Shown one piece after another: positions 1-8,383 of a stretch of DNA of 64,000 bases. Under the pieces are notes generated by a model. That model was given only the letters and a program-made list of their open reading frames with translations, searched no databases and was not told where the DNA came from. The translations under genes were made by a program, and so were the position numbers. Each line of letters begins with the position of its first letter. Position 1 is the first letter of the stretch. This DNA comes from Gemmatimonadota bacterium (GTDB lineage Bacteria > Gemmatimonadota > Gemmatimonadetes > Palauibacterales > Palauibacteraceae): positions 544,001-608,000 of the forward strand of contig OZ220691.1 in assembly GCA_965116475.1 (NCBI GenBank), given 5' to 3'.

Positions 1-2
1 TC

Positions 3-278
3 GTGCTGACCGTGCCCCTCGTGCAGCCGATCCTCGAGTCACTGGGCGTCGACATGATCTGGTTCGGCGTGATGATCGTGGTCACGCTCGAGATGGGACT
101 GATCTCGCCCCCCGTGGGGCTGAACATCTTCGTGGTCAAGGGCGTCGCCCCGGACGTGCCGGTGCGCACGATGTTCCGCGGCATCCTGCCGTTCTGGCTC
201 GCGATGCTGGCGGCGCTGACCCTGATCGCGCTCTTCCCCCGCATCGCCACCTTCCTCCCGAACGCGATGTATGGATGA
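3..278 (+). CDS. dctM: TRAP transporter large permease (DctM), C-terminal part, truncated by window edge
   Basis: WFGVMIVVTLEMGLISPPVGLNIFVV and PFWLAM...FPRIATFLP are typical of the DctM C-terminus. Confidence 0.9.
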   Translation: MLTVPLVQPILESLGVDMIWFGVMIVVTLEMGLISPPVGLNIFVVKGVAPDVPVRTMFRGILPFWLAMLAALTLIALFPRIATFLPNAMYG

Positions 279-307
279 GGGTGTACGGATGAGGGTGTAC
301 GGATGAG
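268..307. repeat. 14-bp tandem repeat TGTA(C/T)GGATGAGGG x ~2.9
   Basis: Units at 268-281, 282-295 and 296-307 span the dctM stop and the next ATG. Confidence 0.9.
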
Positions 308-2078
308 CGCGGCCGGGGGTCTCCGATACGAGGTGGAGGACCGGGTTCCGGGGCCGGTCGCGCTGGGTCTCGGCCTGCAGCTCGCCGCGATGGGGGTTAA
401 CGGGGCCGTGCTGATACCCACGATCGTGTTCCAGGCGGGGGGTGCCGAGGAACTCGTGTTGTGGGCGGTGTTCGCCTCGGTCCTGGCGTGCAGCGTCGCC
501 ACCATCCTCCAGGGCTGGCGCGTGGGGCGGATCGGGGCGGGGTACGCGCTGCCGCACGTCAGCTCGGCGATCTTCATCGGCGTGTGCGCGGAGGCGCTGA
601 TCCAGGGAGGAGCGGGGCTGCTCGCCACCCTGGTCGTCATCTCCGCGCTCGCCCAGGCGGCCTTTTCCGCGCGGCTCTCGCTCCTGCACCGGGTGCTCAC
701 GCCCGTCGTCACGGGGACGGTGGTCATGCTCCTCCCCGTCACCGTGATGCCGATCCTCTTCGGCATGCTCAACGAGTTGCCGCCGGGCGCCCCCGTGCCG
801 GCCGCGCCGCTGAGCGCCGCCATGACACTCGTCGCCACCCTCGGGATCGCGCTCCGGACGGGAGGGACCCTGCGCCTGTGGGCTCCGGCCATCGGCATCC
901 TCGCGGGCTCCCTGACCGGGGCCGCCTTCGGCATCTACGACACCGGCCTCGTGGCCGACGCCCGGTGGATCGGCTTCCCGGTCGGCGGGCTGCCCGCGCT
1001 GGACGTCGGCTTCGGCCCGGCGTTCTGGGGATTGCTGCCCGCGTTCCTGTTCGTGGCGCTCGTCGGCACGACCAAGTCGGTCGCCGTCGCGGTCGCCGCC
1101 CAGCGCTTGTCGTGGCGCCGGCCGCGGGCGGTCGATTTTCGCGCCGTGCAGCGTGCCGTGGCCGCGAAGGGCGCCGGGAACCTGCTCGCGGGCCTCGCGG
1201 GAACGATGCCGAACACGCTCAACGTGAACGCCGTGGCCGCCATCGAAGTCACGGGCGTCGCGGCGCGCCGGGTCGGCGTCGCGGCCGGACTCGTCTTCTT
1301 CGTCCTCGCCTTCGTCCCCAAGGCGCTCGCCCTCATTCTCGCCATTCCCGGAGCCGTCGTGGCCGCCTCCATGGCCGTGATCATGGCGACGCTGTTCACG
1401 GTCGGGATGCGCGAAGTCGCGCGGAGCATCGGCTCGAACCCCCGCAACGGCCTCATCGCGGGCGTCTCGTTCTGGACGGGCGTCGCCTGCGAGTTCGACA
1501 TGGTCTTTCCCGCGTTCTTCGCCGAGTTCGCGGGCGGGCTGTTGAGCAGCGGGCTCACGGCGGGGGGCCTGGTGGCGCTGCTGCTCACGGGGCTCACGGC
1601 GCGGCGGAAGCGCCGGCTCAGGGGTACACTCGACATGGCCGAACTGCCGCGGATCCGGGAGTTCATCCAGGCGTTCTCGGCCCGGCACGGGCTGGCGCCC
1701 GTCCTGGACCGGCTCGAAGCCGCGAGCGAGGAGGCGCTGCTGACGCTTCTGGAGTCGCGCGAGGACCCGGAGGGGGCGGAGGGGGCGGAGGGGGCGGAAG
1801 AAGCACCGGCCCCGGGGAGACGTGAGCTTCTTCTGACGGCGAGCGAGGAGGACGACGAGGCCGTGCTGGAATTCAGGGTCGGCGCCGCGGGCAGCGAGGA
1901 ACTCAACCTCCAGGACCGCCTGGCGTGGCTCGAGGCGGACACCCGGGCGGCCGACGTGGAGCAGGAGATCTCGCTCCGGCTGCTCCGGCACCTCGCCTCC
2001 TCCGTGCGGCACCGGCAGTTTCACGACGTGGACATACTCACCCTGCGCGTCTCCGCCGTCCCCGAGCGGGAGTCCTGA
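303..2078 (+). CDS. Xanthine/uracil (NCS2) family permease with C-terminal soluble HATPase-like extension
   Basis: Multi-TM protein with ATILQ..R.GRIG and PVVTGTVVML motifs. The soluble tail includes EAASEEALLTLL...SLRLLRHLASSVRH. Confidence 0.75.
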   Translation: MSAAGGLRYEVEDRVPGPVALGLGLQLAAMGVNGAVLIPTIVFQAGGAEELVLWAVFASVLACSVATILQGWRVGRIGAGYALPHVSSAIFIGVCAEALIQGGAGLLATLVVISALAQAAFSARLSLLHRVLTPVVTGTVVMLLPVTVMPILFGMLNELPPGAPVPAAPLSAAMTLVATLGIALRTGGTLRLWAPAIGILAGSLTGAAFGIYDTGLVADARWIGFPVGGLPALDVGFGPAFWGLLPAFLFVALVGTTKSVAVAVAAQRLSWRRPRAVDFRAVQRAVAAKGAGNLLAGLAGTMPNTLNVNAVAAIEVTGVAARRVGVAAGLVFFVLAFVPKALALILAIPGAVVAASMAVIMATLFTVGMREVARSIGSNPRNGLIAGVSFWTGVACEFDMVFPAFFAEFAGGLLSSGLTAGGLVALLLTGLTARRKRRLRGTLDMAELPRIREFIQAFSARHGLAPVLDRLEAASEEALLTLLESREDPEGAEGAEGAEEAPAPGRRELLLTASEEDDEAVLEFRVGAAGSEELNLQDRLAWLEADTRAADVEQEISLRLLRHLASSVRHRQFHDVDILTLRVSAVPERES

Positions 2079-3094
2079 TGGCCAACGCGAGGCGGCTGCT
2101 CGCTGTCGGCCTGCTCGTTGTCGGCCTGCTCGTCGCGGGCGGATGCGGGGATGCCTCCGACGCAAGCCGTACCCGGGAGTTGTCGCTGGCGCACTTCCTG
2201 CCGGCGGATCACGTCCTCACCGGGGACATGTTCACGCCGCTGGCGGAGAAGCTCTCGGAGCTTTCGAGCGGCAGACTCACCGTGAGACAGTTCCCCGCCG
2301 GGGCCCTGAACTCGTCGGCGCCGGCGCAGTACTCGATCCTGCGGAGCGGCGTGGCCGACATCGCCCTCGCGATTCCCGCCTACACCGCCGACATCTTTCC
2401 GAAGACCGACCTCATCGGCTTTCCCGGCATCTGCAAGACCGCGGTGGAGTGCACCGAGGCCATGCGGCACGCCCGGTCCGTGCTGGAGGCGGAGTACGAC
2501 GCGAAGGTCCTGGGACTGTGGTCCAACGACGCCCCGGTGCTGATCACGCGCGAGACACCCGTGCGGACGCTCGAGGACATGCGCGGGCTCAAGATCCGCG
2601 TGTCGACGCGGAGCCTCATCCCCTTCATCGAGGCGCTGGGCGCCAGCGCGGTCATGCAGCCCGGCACCGTGGTCCATCAGAGCCTGACCACCGGCGTCAT
2701 CGACGGCGTCGCCATCTCCCCGTCGGGAATCGTGGCCTTCCAGCTGCACGAACCCGCCGCCTACCTGACCACCTGGCTCCCCGCGTCCGGACTTCCGTTC
2801 GTCCTGCTGATGAACCGGGGGGTCTACGAGGCCCTCTCGCCCGAGGAACAGGGCTGGATCGACGAAGCCGCCGACGCCTCGCTGTCGATGGCGGGGGCCA
2901 CCGCCTACGCGCGCGCCGGCGCCGACGGCCTGCGGATGGCGGAGGAAGCCGGCGTCGAGATCATCGACCTTCCCGAGAGCGAGATCCGCCGCTTCGAACA
3001 GGCCATCGCCTCCGTCCGCGAGGCCGGCCTCGCCCGCCAGGTAGGCGACATGACCGCCGCCGACGTGATCCGCCTCTTCCGCCCGGCCCCGTAA
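2078..3094 (+). CDS. dctP: TRAP transporter substrate-binding protein (DctP family), lipoprotein
   Basis: ATG at 2078 overlaps the upstream TGA. Lipobox VAGGC, motif PVRTLEDMRGLKIRV, and LTTGVIDG. Confidence 0.85.
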   Translation: MANARRLLAVGLLVVGLLVAGGCGDASDASRTRELSLAHFLPADHVLTGDMFTPLAEKLSELSSGRLTVRQFPAGALNSSAPAQYSILRSGVADIALAIPAYTADIFPKTDLIGFPGICKTAVECTEAMRHARSVLEAEYDAKVLGLWSNDAPVLITRETPVRTLEDMRGLKIRVSTRSLIPFIEALGASAVMQPGTVVHQSLTTGVIDGVAISPSGIVAFQLHEPAAYLTTWLPASGLPFVLLMNRGVYEALSPEEQGWIDEAADASLSMAGATAYARAGADGLRMAEEAGVEIIDLPESEIRRFEQAIASVREAGLARQVGDMTAADVIRLFRPAP

Positions 3095-3134
3095 GCGACC
3101 GCCGGACGGGCCGAGTGCCAATGGCCGTGCCTTC

Positions 3135-3694
3135 ATGACGCTGGGACAACTTCTTGCGTTCAACGTCGCCTTGTTGTTCGCGATCGCGAGCCCGGGACCC
3201 GCCCTGCTGGTGGCCGTCCAGACCGCGCTTCGCTCCGGACGTGCGGCCGGAATCGCCATCGGGGCCGGTCTCGGTGCGATGGCCGCGACGTGGACGCTGC
3301 TCGCCGCGGGCGGGCTGGGACTGGTCTTCGAGAGGCTGCCGTGGCTGTACGGGTCCATGCGGGCCGCCGGGGCGCTCTATCTGTTCTATCTCGCGTACCG
3401 GATGTGGACGAGCGCCGCGAAACCCCCGCCAGCCCGCTCCGCCCCCCAACGGCAGGCCTTCCTCCGGGGGATGATCATCAACCTCTCGAATCCCAAGTCG
3501 GTCCTCTTCGCGGCCTCGTGATCGTCGCCAACCACTTGCTCGTCGAGATCGTGTTCTACACCACACTCGTCTTCTGCATGAGCACACAGGCGGTCGCCGC
3601 CCGGTACATGCGGGCGAGACTCTACATCGATCGCGCCGCAGCCTCGATCCTCGGCGCCCTCGGGCTCTGGATCGCGATTTCGGCCCTCGCGTAG
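3135..3694 (+). pseudogene. LysE/RhtB family translocator, split by frameshift and probable internal deletion
   Basis: SPGP, GALYLFYLA and NLSNPKSVLF lie in the frame ending at 3521. The LysE C-terminus (YIDRAAASILGALGLWI) continues in another frame to 3694. Confidence 0.75.
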
Positions 3695-3724
3695 CGCCGA
3701 TTGCCACCCTCACGCCGCCATCGG

Positions 3725-5116
3725 TCACGCCGCCATCGGCCTGGTCTCGTACTGTCCCCAGAGGACCCAGAGCGCCCAGTCGATGTCCAGCGGGTCGCCC
3801 ATCCAGAGGCTGGTCGCCGTCCAGGGGTCGATCCCCTCCTGACGGTGCCAGTTCCCGAGTCCCGCATCGGCGGTTCGGGGCGCCCTGACGTCCTCGCGTA
3901 CCGGGGGCACCGCCGGTACCACGCGCCCGGCCGGATCGCGGAAGCGCGCCGCGCCCGCCTCCCCCATCTCGACGCGCCAGCCGCCCTCGTGCACGGCCCT
4001 GTGATGGAACCGGCACAGGAGGATCAGGTTGTCGAGCTTCGTCTCGCCCCCCTCGGACCAGGGGATGGCGTGATGGGCCTGCGTGTAACGCGAGCCGCAG
4101 CCCGGGAAACGGCAGCCCCCGTCCCGGACGTCGAGCGCCTTGCGCAGCCGCCACCCGACGGTGCGCTGGCGGCGGCCCACGTCCAGCACCGAGCCGTCCC
4201 GCCCGCGCTTCACCTCCACGGTCTCCGCGTCGCAGGCCAGGCGCCGGGACGTTCCCGCGGGAACGTGTGAGCCGTCCTCCGTGGCCAGGATCTCGGGGCC
4301 GCCGGCCACGGTGTGGACCACCAGTTGAGCCCTCGCCTCGGCGCGCTCCTCGAGCCACGCTCCGAGCGCGTCGTGGCGCCGCTCCGTCTGACTCGGCCGG
4401 AGCCCGGGCGTCGGCGTCGGCTGGGGCCCGGCCATCGGCCCGGCCGGCGGCGGGTCCGGCTCCCCCGTGGCGGCATCGGCCTCGCGCTCCATGGCGGCGT
4501 CGGCCTCACGCTCCATGGCGCACTCCTGCCGGTGGAGTTCGTCCACGGTGACGTCCAGCGTCTCCACGAGCAGGGCGCCCACCTCGGGCATGAGCAGGCC
4601 ACGGACCTCGTACATCCCGTCGGCCGTCATCCGGACCGTCAGGTGACGGCGGGCCGCCATCTCCGACGTCCCGTCCGGCGCCGCCATGGCGGCCTCCGCG
4701 CTCTTCGCCGCCCGCACGAAACGCTCCACCTGGCTCGCCGTGTGGTGGAGGGCGAACTCGACCAGCCGCGCCTCGTTCTCGGCCGTGGCCATGCGCGTGA
4801 GCGCCCGGACCTTGGACCAGGAGAGCCGCCCCTTCTCCATCTCGGCGGAGGTCAGCGGCAGGTCGGCGAGGCGGCGGGCCGCCCGCAGCCGCTCGCGGGC
4901 CGCGCCGAGGGAGATGCCGGCGCGCCAGTTCAGCCAGTGGGCGCAGGAGCGCCACCCGCTCCAGCGTTCCTCCTCATCGTAGCGGCGCAACAGCGTCAGG
5001 AGCCGATACTGGGCCGCGTCGATGTGGGCGCAGAGTTCGGCGATCTCGTCGCCCACGGGGTCGCCGGCCAAGGCAGCAGGGTGCGAGTCGGCGGAAGGGT
5101 CAGGCGTCTCATGCAT
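3725..5116 (-). CDS. DUF222 domain / HNH endonuclease
   Basis: SCAHWLNWR, GRLSWSKVRALTR, RRLACDA, RDGGCRFPGC...AHH...W.EGGETKLDNLILLCRFHHRAVH. Confidence 0.92.
   Translation of the reverse strand: MHETPDPSADSHPAALAGDPVGDEIAELCAHIDAAQYRLLTLLRRYDEEERWSGWRSCAHWLNWRAGISLGAARERLRAARRLADLPLTSAEMEKGRLSWSKVRALTRMATAENEARLVEFALHHTASQVERFVRAAKSAEAAMAAPDGTSEMAARRHLTVRMTADGMYEVRGLLMPEVGALLVETLDVTVDELHRQECAMEREADAAMEREADAATGEPDPPPAGPMAGPQPTPTPGLRPSQTERRHDALGAWLEERAEARAQLVVHTVAGGPEILATEDGSHVPAGTSRRLACDAETVEVKRGRDGSVLDVGRRQRTVGWRLRKALDVRDGGCRFPGCGSRYTQAHHAIPWSEGGETKLDNLILLCRFHHRAVHEGGWRVEMGEAGAARFRDPAGRVVPAVPPVREDVRAPRTADAGLGNWHRQEGIDPWTATSLWMGDPLDIDWALWVLWGQYETRPMAA
4249..4266. repeat. Perfect palindrome ACGTTCCCGCGGGAACGT, copy 1 (inside the HNH gene)
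   Basis: 18-bp perfect inverted symmetry; encodes HVPAGTS on the minus strand. Confidence 0.95.
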
Positions 5117-5190
5117 GGCGTTCTCATCCGAATCTCAGGGTTCAAAGGGGTACGCACTCATACCCCGATCTTCGGTAAATGTTCGGGTTC

Positions 5191-5263
5191 CGTCTCAACC
5201 AGGTCTCAACGTCGGTCTCAGCGTCGGTCTCAGCGTCCGGGACGTTCCCGCGGGAACGCCGGA
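5191..5263. repeat. Palindrome copy 2 plus array of four GTCTCA motifs
   Basis: CGTTCCCGCGGGAACG at 5243-5258, flanked by TCCGG/CCGGA. GTCTCA at 5192, 5203, 5215 and 5227. Confidence 0.9.
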
Positions 5264-5298
5264 GGCCAGTCAACCGGTGCTGCCGCCCCGCGGGCGTC

Positions 5299-5335
5299 GC
5301 CGAATCCAGTTGCCGAATCCAGTTGCCGAATCCAG
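5299..5335. repeat. 13-bp tandem repeat GCCGAATCCAGTT x ~2.8
   Basis: Read directly from the sequence. Confidence 0.9.
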
Positions 5336-5400
5336 GCGCCGCGCTCGAACGTAGAGTCCTCATCGACCTCACCTTTCCGGAATCCGAGGACGTGAGCGCC

Positions 5401-5628
5401 ATGGGCAAGTGGTCGCGCAGGTGGTCGCCGAAGCACTGGCCGAGACGGTATCGCATCGCGCTGAGCTGCTGCGGGGCCGGGGTGGTGGTCGGTGGAGTGC
5501 TGGCCTGGTTCGGGCAGGGCTGGGGGCGTTACGTGGCGCTCGCGGGCGTCATCCTTTGCGTCCTCAGCCTCATGGCCCTCGAAAGCCTGTTGGAAGACGG
5601 CCCCGACAGCCTGTCCGGCGGCGACTGA
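5401..5628 (+). CDS. Small membrane protein (2 TM), hypothetical
   Basis: ATG at 5401 preceded by GAGG; two hydrophobic stretches. Confidence 0.5.
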   Translation: MGKWSRRWSPKHWPRRYRIALSCCGAGVVVGGVLAWFGQGWGRYVALAGVILCVLSLMALESLLEDGPDSLSGGD

Positions 5629-5629
5629 C

Positions 5630-6229
5630 TCAGTCGGCGCGCCAGCCGACCTCCCTTGCCCATTCGTCGCGGGCGCTGGCGTACGCATCGTAGTCGGCCG
5701 GCGGGCGCTCTTCCTCGGAGGCCGCGCGGCTCCGCGCTTCCTTCATCTGCTCGGCCAGCGGCGGGAGTCCGACGGCCTGGCGGCGCTCCTCCAGCCTCTG
5801 CGGGTCCTCCACGGCGCCCGGCGAGAGATTCCCCTCGGCGTCCCAATCGAACTGCGTCCCGTAGCGTTGCGGCCGGCCCTCGAAGAACCGGATCCGGTCC
5901 TCGAGCAGCGCCGCGTGCCGCGGAGACGCCCTCCCTTCGCGCGCGGCATCCTCGAGGAGGGGGAGCGCGCGCCGGAGCAGGTCGGGCTGCGCGATCGCGT
6001 GCTGCAGGATGATCCACGCCGCGTCCGCCCCCTCGGGACCGACGAGGTCCGTTCCCGGCCACCCGACCGACTCGATGATCCGGCGAAGACGCCGCGCATT
6101 CCGCTCGTGAACGCGGGCCATCCGGGGCTCGTAGCCGCCGAAGAGTTCGCCCGAGTCCACGAGTTCGGCGCGCACCTCCTGGTCCCGACGCACCATCTCC
6201 AGCAGTTCGTCCCTGAGCGTGTCGTTCAT
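5630..6229 (-). CDS. DUF6624 family protein
   Basis: LRDELLEM..RDQEVR, GWPG..LVG.EG..AAWIILQHA, LEDRI....GRPQRYGTQF. Confidence 0.85.
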   Translation of the reverse strand: MNDTLRDELLEMVRRDQEVRAELVDSGELFGGYEPRMARVHERNARRLRRIIESVGWPGTDLVGPEGADAAWIILQHAIAQPDLLRRALPLLEDAAREGRASPRHAALLEDRIRFFEGRPQRYGTQFDWDAEGNLSPGAVEDPQRLEERRQAVGLPPLAEQMKEARSRAASEEERPPADYDAYASARDEWAREVGWRAD

Positions 6230-6266
6230 CCGTAGCGTCCGGGGGATCCGCGCTATCCCCGTCGAA

Positions 6267-6284
6267 ACGTTCCCGCGGGAACGT
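6267..6284. repeat. Palindrome ACGTTCCCGCGGGAACGT, copy 3 (intergenic)
   Basis: Exact 18-bp match. Confidence 0.95.
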
Positions 6285-6312
6285 CCTCAGGGGGCTCTGC
6301 ATGCGGTGGCGG

Positions 6313-6711
6313 TCAGGAATCGTCGGGGGGCCGCGCGTTCCTGGCCAGTGTGCGGAGGTGGTCGGCGATGGCCTGCTCGCTCAGCGCCTCGCGCCGCCGG
6401 CACTCGCTCGTCCAACTGAAACCCTTGTAGGCGGAGACACCCCAGGCGGCAGCCGGAAGCCCGAGTATTACGGACACCACCTCCTCACCGTCGTGCTCCA
6501 CCTCGTCCGTGGCGACGTGAACAATGGTCGAAACCATGAGCGCGCTCATTGCGGCATCCAGCACGGGCGCCAGGGCCGATGTCGCACAGGTTCCTTCGGG
6601 CAGCGGGCCGTCCCCCAGCGGAGGCCGGCTCATGAACAGCGCCGAACACCCGCTCGCGAGAACGGCCGACGCCAGGACCAGGCATGTACGGGCCGCAGGA
6701 ACGCTCCTCAT
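6313..6711 (-). CDS. Hypothetical lipoprotein (paralog of 55184-55618)
   Basis: ATG at 6711 with GGAG upstream; lipobox LASGC; shares FM.RPP.G.GP...G.C..S..APV.D and ECRRR..LSEQAI.DHLR with the paralog. Confidence 0.7.
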   Translation of the reverse strand: MRSVPAARTCLVLASAVLASGCSALFMSRPPLGDGPLPEGTCATSALAPVLDAAMSALMVSTIVHVATDEVEHDGEEVVSVILGLPAAAWGVSAYKGFSWTSECRRREALSEQAIADHLRTLARNARPPDDS

Positions 6712-6885
6712 TCGTCTCTCCCTTCGCGAAACAGCACTGGGGCCACGGAACAGCCACCGGTGCGCGGAGAATATCCGGCTGAATGGAGAACACCGCCACC
6801 CGGGCCGGCTCCCAGGCAGGCAGCCGGGCAGGCACCCAGACAGACGGTAGGCAGGTTCTTGTGGCGGGTGATATGATGGGCGGCG

Positions 6886-8343
6886 ATGAGACACGACACG
6901 GTGCCGGACACGACCTTCGATCGCGCGGTGGCCGACAGGCTCGAGATGTCTCCCGAGGCCATGCTCGAGCTGGCGCGGGAGGCGGCGGAGATCCTCGTGC
7001 GGCGGCGGGAGGAGCTGGCCGGGGAGGACGCCTGGGACGGGGAGTTCCGGGAGGCGCTCGAAGCGCGGCTCATGGAGGATCCGCCCGAGGAGGGACAACC
7101 GGCGTCCGACGTCATGGACCGGGCCGTCCACGATGTCCTGAAGCTCGCCCTCCGCCTCGATCATCCCGGCTGCTTCGGCTTCATCCCCTCCTCCCCGACG
7201 TGGCCCGGCGTCGTCGCCGACTTCCTCGCCTCCGGGTACAACCTCAACGCGTGCAACTGGCTGGTCGGGAGCGGGCCCAGCCAGCTCGAGTGCGTCGTCA
7301 TCGAGTGGTTCCGGCGCTGGCTCGGCATGCCGGAGACGGCGGGCGGGCTGCTCACGAGCGGGGGGTCCGCGGCGAGTCTGGACGCGCTCGTGGCGGCGCG
7401 GGAGGCCCAGGGCTACCCGGAGCGCGCCACCGTGTACATGAGCGACCAGAGCCACCCCGCCCACGTCAGGGCCGTGAAGATCGCGGGCATCCGGCCCGAT
7501 CGCGCCCGCATCGTGCCGAGCGACAGCCGTTCCCGCATCGACCTCGACGCGCTCGCCCGCATGGTGGCGGAGGACCGCGCCGCCGGGCGGAACCCCATCG
7601 CCGTGTGCGCGAACGCCGGCGCCACCGCGACCGGCGCCATCGATCCCCTGCCGGAGCTGGCCGATTTCTGCGCGGCGGAGGGCATCTGGTTCCACGTGGA
7701 CGCCGCGTACGGCGGGTTCGCCGTTGTCACGGAACGCGGCCGCAAGCTCCTGAGCGGCATCGAGCGGGCGGACTCCATCGGGCTCGACGCGCACAAGTGG
7801 TTCTTCCAGCCCTACGAGGTCGGCTGCCTGCTCGTGCGCGACGTGTCCACGCTCGAGGAGCCGTTCGGGGTGCAGCCGACCTTCCTCCAGGACTCCCTGT
7901 GGGGATCGGGCCACCCCAACCTGACCGACCGTGGACTGCAGATGAGCCGCTCCGCCCGCGCGCTCAAGATCTGGATGTCGGTGCAGACGTTCGGGATGGC
8001 CGCGTTCCGGGAGAGCATCGCGCACGGGCTGGACTGCGCGGCCCGCGCCGAGGCCTACATCGACGCGAGCCCCATGCTCGAGTGCCTGAGCCCGGCGACG
8101 CTGAGCATCGTCTGCTTCCGGGTGCGACCGGCCGGCGCGGAGATGACCGAGGAAGCCCTGGACGAACTGAACCGCGAGGTGCTGGCCCGCCTGTTCTGGG
8201 AGGACCCCGCCTTCGTGTCCTCCGCCGTCGTGTCCGGCAAGTTCGCGCTCCGGCTCTGCATCGTGAACTACAACACGACGTGGGACGACGTGCGGGCCGC
8301 GCTGGAGGCCACGGAGCGCTTCGGGCGGGAAGCGCTCTCCTAG
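6886..8343 (+). CDS. PLP-dependent group II decarboxylase (aromatic-L-amino-acid decarboxylase family)
   Basis: GLLTSGGS, HVDAAYGG, ADSIGLDAHKW (PLP lysine), LSIVCFR. Confidence 0.92.
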   Translation: MRHDTVPDTTFDRAVADRLEMSPEAMLELAREAAEILVRRREELAGEDAWDGEFREALEARLMEDPPEEGQPASDVMDRAVHDVLKLALRLDHPGCFGFIPSSPTWPGVVADFLASGYNLNACNWLVGSGPSQLECVVIEWFRRWLGMPETAGGLLTSGGSAASLDALVAAREAQGYPERATVYMSDQSHPAHVRAVKIAGIRPDRARIVPSDSRSRIDLDALARMVAEDRAAGRNPIAVCANAGATATGAIDPLPELADFCAAEGIWFHVDAAYGGFAVVTERGRKLLSGIERADSIGLDAHKWFFQPYEVGCLLVRDVSTLEEPFGVQPTFLQDSLWGSGHPNLTDRGLQMSRSARALKIWMSVQTFGMAAFRESIAHGLDCAARAEAYIDASPMLECLSPATLSIVCFRVRPAGAEMTEEALDELNREVLARLFWEDPAFVSSAVVSGKFALRLCIVNYNTTWDDVRAALEATERFGREALS

Positions 8344-8383
8344 TCCTGCAGGCGGCGGGCCAGCGGGGCGATCAGCGGGCCGA

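Noticed and set aside
39-2165. Long antisense or alternate-frame ORFs (e.g. 39-2165, 10921-14181, 13221-16061, 21265-23442, 25735-27993, 42870-45260, 59929-62112)
   Set aside because: They are shadow ORFs of GC-rich genes: Arg/Pro/Gly-rich, without motifs, and overlapping well-supported genes.
5170-5184. Possible LexA-type box upstream of the HNH gene
   Set aside because: Only one GTTCG half-site is present, which is too weak to call.
5191-5335. Short repeats considered as a CRISPR array
   Set aside because: Units are only 6-13 bp, there are no spacer-length unique sequences, and no cas genes are present.
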